Shown here: positions 21,419 through 25,761 of the stretch, one piece after another | Position numbering within the stretch: the first letter of the stretch is position 1 | Layout of the letters: the number at the start of each line of letters is the position of its first letter | DNA from: Octopus sinensis | Taxonomy: Eukaryota | Direction of reading: 5' to 3' | NCBI RefSeq assembly: GCF_006345805.1 | Contig: NW_021835594.1 | Location: 1-25,761, forward strand | DNA length: 25,761 nucleotides | Notes under the pieces: generated by a model | The model's input: only the letters and a program-made list of their open reading frames with translations | Database searches by the model: none | What the model was told of the DNA's origin: nothing | Made by a program: the position numbers and the translations under genes

Positions 21419-21508
21419 AAATAAATGAAAGAATGGAGTTGAACGACGATTTAACAAAATTCCTTTATTTTGTTAAATCGTCGTTCAACTCCATTCTTTC
21501 ATTTATTT
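21419..21508. other. Perfect 42-bp inverted repeat with a 6-nt loop
   Basis: AAATAAATGAAAGAATGGAGTTGAACGACGATTTAACAAAAT (21419-21460), loop TCCTTT, exact reverse complement at 21467-21508. Confidence 0.97.
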
Positions 21509-21529
21509 ATATATATATATATTGTGTGT

Positions 21530-21745
21530 ATGTGTGTGTGTTTTGTCTGTGGTTGTCCCCCACCACCGACTGACAACCGGTTTTCCTTGTGTTACCGTAC
21601 ACATTGCACATATACAGGAAAGAATGACATAAATCCACGCTTTCCGGAGTCATCGCCTCTCCGCAGTCAGTACGTTCGACTAAACATTTCAAGTCGGTGC
21701 CTCTGCATGGCCGCAGTCTAATGAGTGAAACAAGTAAAAGATATA
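21530..21745 (+). mobile_element. Diverged 3' half of the CORE-type SINE family
   Basis: ttgtcccccaccaccgactgacaaccgg..cgttcgactaaa..ggtgcctctgcatggccgcagtctaatgagtgaaacaagtaaaagat is collinear with 19395-19585. Confidence 0.75.
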
Positions 21746-22009
21746 ACTTAAAATCTTGTATCTATTCTGTAGCATTGTAGGACGTTGAAACAAAAACCCT
21801 GTTCACGCACGTGTGAATCTATTAATCGAACAAGGTGCCAAGAACGCGTCAACAAGAACACTTGATAGTAAATTGAAGGCGGAGGAATTTTCTTGGGTGA
21901 TTATGACAAGCAAAGAAATATAATGAGAAGGACATGAAATAGATTGGTGTTAATGAGGTTTGAAGAAATGTGAGGATTTTGGTAGCTGTAACAACAACGA
22001 CGATGGCGG

Positions 22010-22520
22010 TGCAATGATGATGATGATGATGATGGTGGTGTGGTGGTGGTGGTGGTGGTGGTGGTGGTGGTGGTGATGGTGATGGTGGTGATGATGATGA
22101 CGATGATGATGATGATAATGATGGTGGTAGTGATGATGGTGATGATGACGATGATGGTGATGATGGTGGTGATGGTAAGTAGGAGGGGGAAAGATGGTGA
22201 GGAGGAGAGGGAGCAGGAAGAGGAGATGTGGAAGATGATGATGACGACGACGACGACGATGATGTAGAAACGGTGATGATTTTGAAGATAACGGTGGTAA
22301 TGTTGATGGTGTTAATGGTTGTGATGGAGTTAATGACGATGATGATGATGGTAGTGGTGGTGGTGGTGGTGGTGGTGCTGATGGTGAGGGGGGATGAGAG
22401 GTGTAAATGTGGGTGGACAATGATGATAACGACGACGATGTCGAAGAGAACAATGACGACGAGTTTTGAGGATAACGGTGATGACAGTGATGAGGATGGA
22501 GTTGATGATGATGACTGTGA
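22010..22520 (+). repeat. Compound (GAT/GGT/GAC)n trinucleotide array
   Basis: Directly visible; source of the poly-His/Val/Met/Asp ORFs. Confidence 0.9.
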
Positions 22521-22629
22521 TGGCGATGAAAGTTGCCTGTGACATTCGATACAGCTGGTTGAATATTCTTTAAATTAATCAATCATTTTCTATCTGGAAA
22601 GATCACCTTAAATAATGGCTTCAATTATT

Positions 22630-22803
22630 GCTAAAAGGACAACAAAATTCAGGCAAAGAGAAGGAGGCAAATCGATTACATCGATCCCACTGCTGAATTG
22701 CAATATCGATTTCGGTTGAATGCGAACTCAGAACGTCAAGAACAAGAAGAAATGCCGTAAATCATTTTGTCCGACGCACTTACGATTTTGTCAGCTCGTT
22801 GAC
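22630..22803 (-). mobile_element. Diverged, internally deleted Meta-like SINE
   Basis: aatcgattacatcgatcccactgctg..gcgaactcagaacgtcaag..gaaatgccgtaaatcattttgtccgacgcacttacgattttgtcagctcg is collinear with 12975-13148, with the Meta-like core largely missing. Confidence 0.7.
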
Positions 22804-22828
22804 TTAACAAAAATGACAAAATTACATT

Positions 22829-22980
22829 CAGGAGTGGTAAGTAGGCGCAGGAGTGATAGAATAAGTACCATACTTAAAACGAAAACTGGGGCCTATTTGT
22901 TCGCAAACACCCTTTAAGGTGGTGCCCCAGTATGACCGCAGACCAAAGACTAAATTAAGTACAGGAAAGTAAAAGAAACA
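22829..22980 (+). mobile_element. CORE-type SINE head fused directly to its 3' tail
   Basis: taggcgcaggagtg (22842-22855) is joined to atagaataagtacc..aaggtggtgccccagtatgaccgcag. About 280 bp present in the 19185 copy are absent. Confidence 0.65.
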
Positions 22981-23133
22981 CAGAACCATGGCACAAACCT
23001 ATCCAAACATGTCAGGCAGCTATTTTAGCAATCACTCAACGTGACAAATCACGATAAATCATTAAGTCAGTCCGTAAGTTTAAGTATTCGTCCTCTTATT
23101 TAACTAATGTAGCGACCAACTATTATGCAAATG

Positions 23134-23215
23134 ATCCAGCCAATCAGAACACACACAAACTACTTGTGCAAACAATCCAGCCAATCAGAAGACAGACCAA
23201 CTACTTGTGCAAACA
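23134..23215 (+). repeat. 41-bp tandem duplication, each unit with AGCCAATCAG
   Basis: atccagccaatcagaacacacacaaactacttgtgcaaaca / atccagccaatcagaagacagaccaactacttgtgcaaaca. Confidence 0.9.
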
Positions 23216-23455
23216 ACAAGCAATCCATACTCCAACCAGGCCACGTAGCTACGAAAGAACTCTTCGAAAGCGACGTGCTTATCAATGAAATTAATTCAAT
23301 TCCATGTCATTACCGGGGGCAAAACTTTAAAGAAAAATGGCGAATAACAAAAAATTAACTAAACAAATAGAAATAAAATAGAATTTGAAAAAGACCCAGA
23401 AAAACACTCTTACTACATTACATATATACCACATACATACACATGCTAAACATAT

Positions 23456-23493
<38 letters not shown>

Positions 23494-23548
23494 GCTTTCA
23501 CGAAATTACATATAAAATTATCCTCTTATATTTATGTGTTTGTGTGGT

Positions 23549-23588
<40 letters not shown>

Positions 23589-23898
23589 TGTGTGTGTATG
23601 TATGTAAATGTATGTATGTATTTACATACATACACACACATATATATATATATGACTGAATTAATAGGAGGATTACAGACGGTTAAATAAGATAATCATA
23701 TGCACACAGTTGCATCACCAATATGCATATACATATATGCGTATGCCTACGCACTTACATACATACGTACGTATATATGTAGACACAATATATATATAAC
23801 TATATATATACGTGTGCATAGGCATATGTATGTGTGTATGTATATGTATGTAAATGTACATGCATTTACACATATGAATATGTGTTACACAAAATAAT

Positions 23899-23956
<58 letters not shown>

Positions 23957-24249
23957 AAGAAAGACTTGTTCGACTGGGTCACAATATGTAGCGACCAATA
24001 ACCAAAAGTGTGAATAATACATGAAGAATCTTACGAAGAAGTTTTACTGGACGAGAAAGTTGGAAGAAAAAGAAAATGAGAAAACGTAATGTTGAACATA
24101 TGATAAGTACAAGAAGAAGAAGAGGAATCACTGAAACTATACGAATCATAAGAATATGGACAGCAGAATGTCGATAAAAAAAAGTTCAAAAAATTTTGAA
24201 GTTTTTCGTATAATGAATCAATGAATTGTTATGAGACGTAATGAAAAAT

Positions 24250-24409
24250 GAAAGAAAGATAGGAAGGAGGGAGTGAGAGAGGGAGGTAGGTAGGGTGGGT
24301 GGGTTCAAGTGGAAAGAACGAAGATAGGGAGGAAGGAAGGAAGGAATGGGAGACGCAAGGGAAGAAGGAATTAAATGAAGGAAGAAAGAAATAGTAGAAA
24401 GAGTAGGAA

Positions 24410-24442
<33 letters not shown>

Positions 24443-24682
24443 GGAAGGAAACAAGGAAACAGAGGAAGCAAGACGGAAAAAGGAGTGAAAGAAGGAAGAC
24501 AGAAAGGAAGAAAAAAGCTAATATATATCGATAGATATAGATATAGACAGACAGACAGACAGACAGACAAACAAATAGAAGACATACAGATAGATAAATA
24601 GATAGATGGCAGGAAAGAGTGTAAGAAAGAAAGAAAGAAAAAAGGAAGTCAGGAAGAAGAAAACTGAATGAAAGAAAGAAGA
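24250..24682 (+). repeat. Purine-rich (GGAA/GAAA/GACA/GATA)n low-complexity tract
   Basis: Directly visible. Confidence 0.85.
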
Positions 24683-25224
24683 TACAGTCATCTTCATAGA
24701 CTGGTTACAATTATTGGGGTTTGGCAGTGGCTTGCGGCCATGTTGACCTGGGAGTTATCAGGGTCATTCATCGATGTTTACATTTCTTTAAAATAAACAT
24801 TTCCTCACAAGAAAACCGATACATCATGCGTGTTGTCCGCACTCGTTGTACTCTTCCATATGTTAACATAGTCCTTCCTAACCTCCTTATCTGAGTGACC
24901 TGGTCTTACGAGTTGCTCCAATATCTACGCTCTAGTGTAGGCATGGGCTGACTATTTCGAAAAGCGTCGCATTAATGTAACTTACCATCAAGCAGGGCCG
25001 CCCCTCGAAAATACATTCAAGCTAAGTTTTTTTATTTTTTTTATTTTATACTCGTGCTAGTTAGAAAGTTCCTCGGTCTGCAGATTGCTCATTGCTGCTC
25101 TAGTGCCTCGTTTCAGAGATTACAAGAGTTGTTTGGAAGCTGAGGTTGACAGGTCGAGGTGTCGACCTCAAGCAATGTCCAATTATTCCGTATATCCAGG
25201 CTGAGTTGTATCTTTTCCATTGTT

Positions 25225-25320
25225 ATTAACTTGTTCATGCAGTCGGAATGCCAGCATGCCACAACCAACACTGCCTTGAAGGGTTTGGACGAACAAATCC
25301 ACCCCTGTACTTATTCTTTT
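25225..25320 (-). mobile_element. Degraded SINE 3'-tail fragment
   Basis: cactgccttgaagggtttggacgaacaaatccacccctgtacttattc resembles the reverse complement of the shared SINE tail (cf. 22860-22935). Confidence 0.55.
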
Positions 25321-25761
25321 TCAAGCTTCTAAACGGTCTTCTGAACCACATAACAATGTCTGCTTTGCGTAATTATTTTTCTGCTGTTGTGTGGAATGTT
25401 CAGACAGGTGCAGTGCAGTTCCTCTCCCCAAACTGCAGTGAGTGGAACAATTTTAGGCCATTATTTTCAATCCTGCCTTCGACTGGGGGTGAGGAATGTG
25501 ATCTTCAGATATAAACCTGCTGAGGTACACAGCTGTTCTAGTAAGAGAATCTTTTATTTGAACCCCGGCCCATTAGAGTAATCTGACTAAAAGCTCCAAA
25601 CGCACTCAGACCTGCTCCCGTTGCAAGACTCTCTCTCTCTCCTTCTCTCTCTCTCTTTCCTTCTCTCTCTCTCTCTCTCTCTCTCTCTGCTGTCTTTTAA
25701 AGTTACCAAATATGGAAGAAATTCTTTTTACTCTTGCATTTGCCTCACCAACGTCTGCAGC

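Noticed and set aside
21789-21923. Frame reading VNLLIEQGAKN (ankyrin-like)
   Set aside because: Bounded by stops with no usable splice acceptor or start; only a few residues match.
21950-22582. 210-aa poly-His ORF and overlapping poly-Asp/Met/Val ORFs
   Set aside because: Compound GAT/GGT trinucleotide array; lack of stops is a property of the repeat.
23107-23998. Exact 13-mer ATGTAGCGACCAA at 23107 and 23986, resembling an LTR terminus (TGTAGCG)
   Set aside because: Similarity does not extend beyond 13 bp, and matches of this length are expected by chance in 26 kb.

Overview
Eukaryotic, AT-rich, microsatellite-saturated non-coding DNA. The SINE families and repeat landscape look like an octopus (coleoid cephalopod) genome; that assignment is from recalled repeat sequences, not a search. 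I find no convincing host protein-coding exon. Nearly all ORFs in the supplied track are translations of (TA)n, (CA)n, (GATA)n or trinucleotide repeats. The window holds about a dozen tRNA-derived SINE copies or fragments from at least five families (CORE-type, Meta-like, V/Ceph-like with an internal 66-bp minisatellite, and two others). It also holds a nest of up to three R4/Dong-like LINE 3' ends in one (TAA)n array, a mariner-derived miniature element, two ~0.5-kb foldback elements and a possible Helitron/HINE relic. The most notable unexplained signals are a perfect 42-bp-stem hairpin (21419-21508), a near-perfect 35-bp-stem hairpin (10887-10978), and decayed hammerhead-ribozyme-like cores in two short repeat families, one of them at the 3' end of a tRNA-headed SINE.
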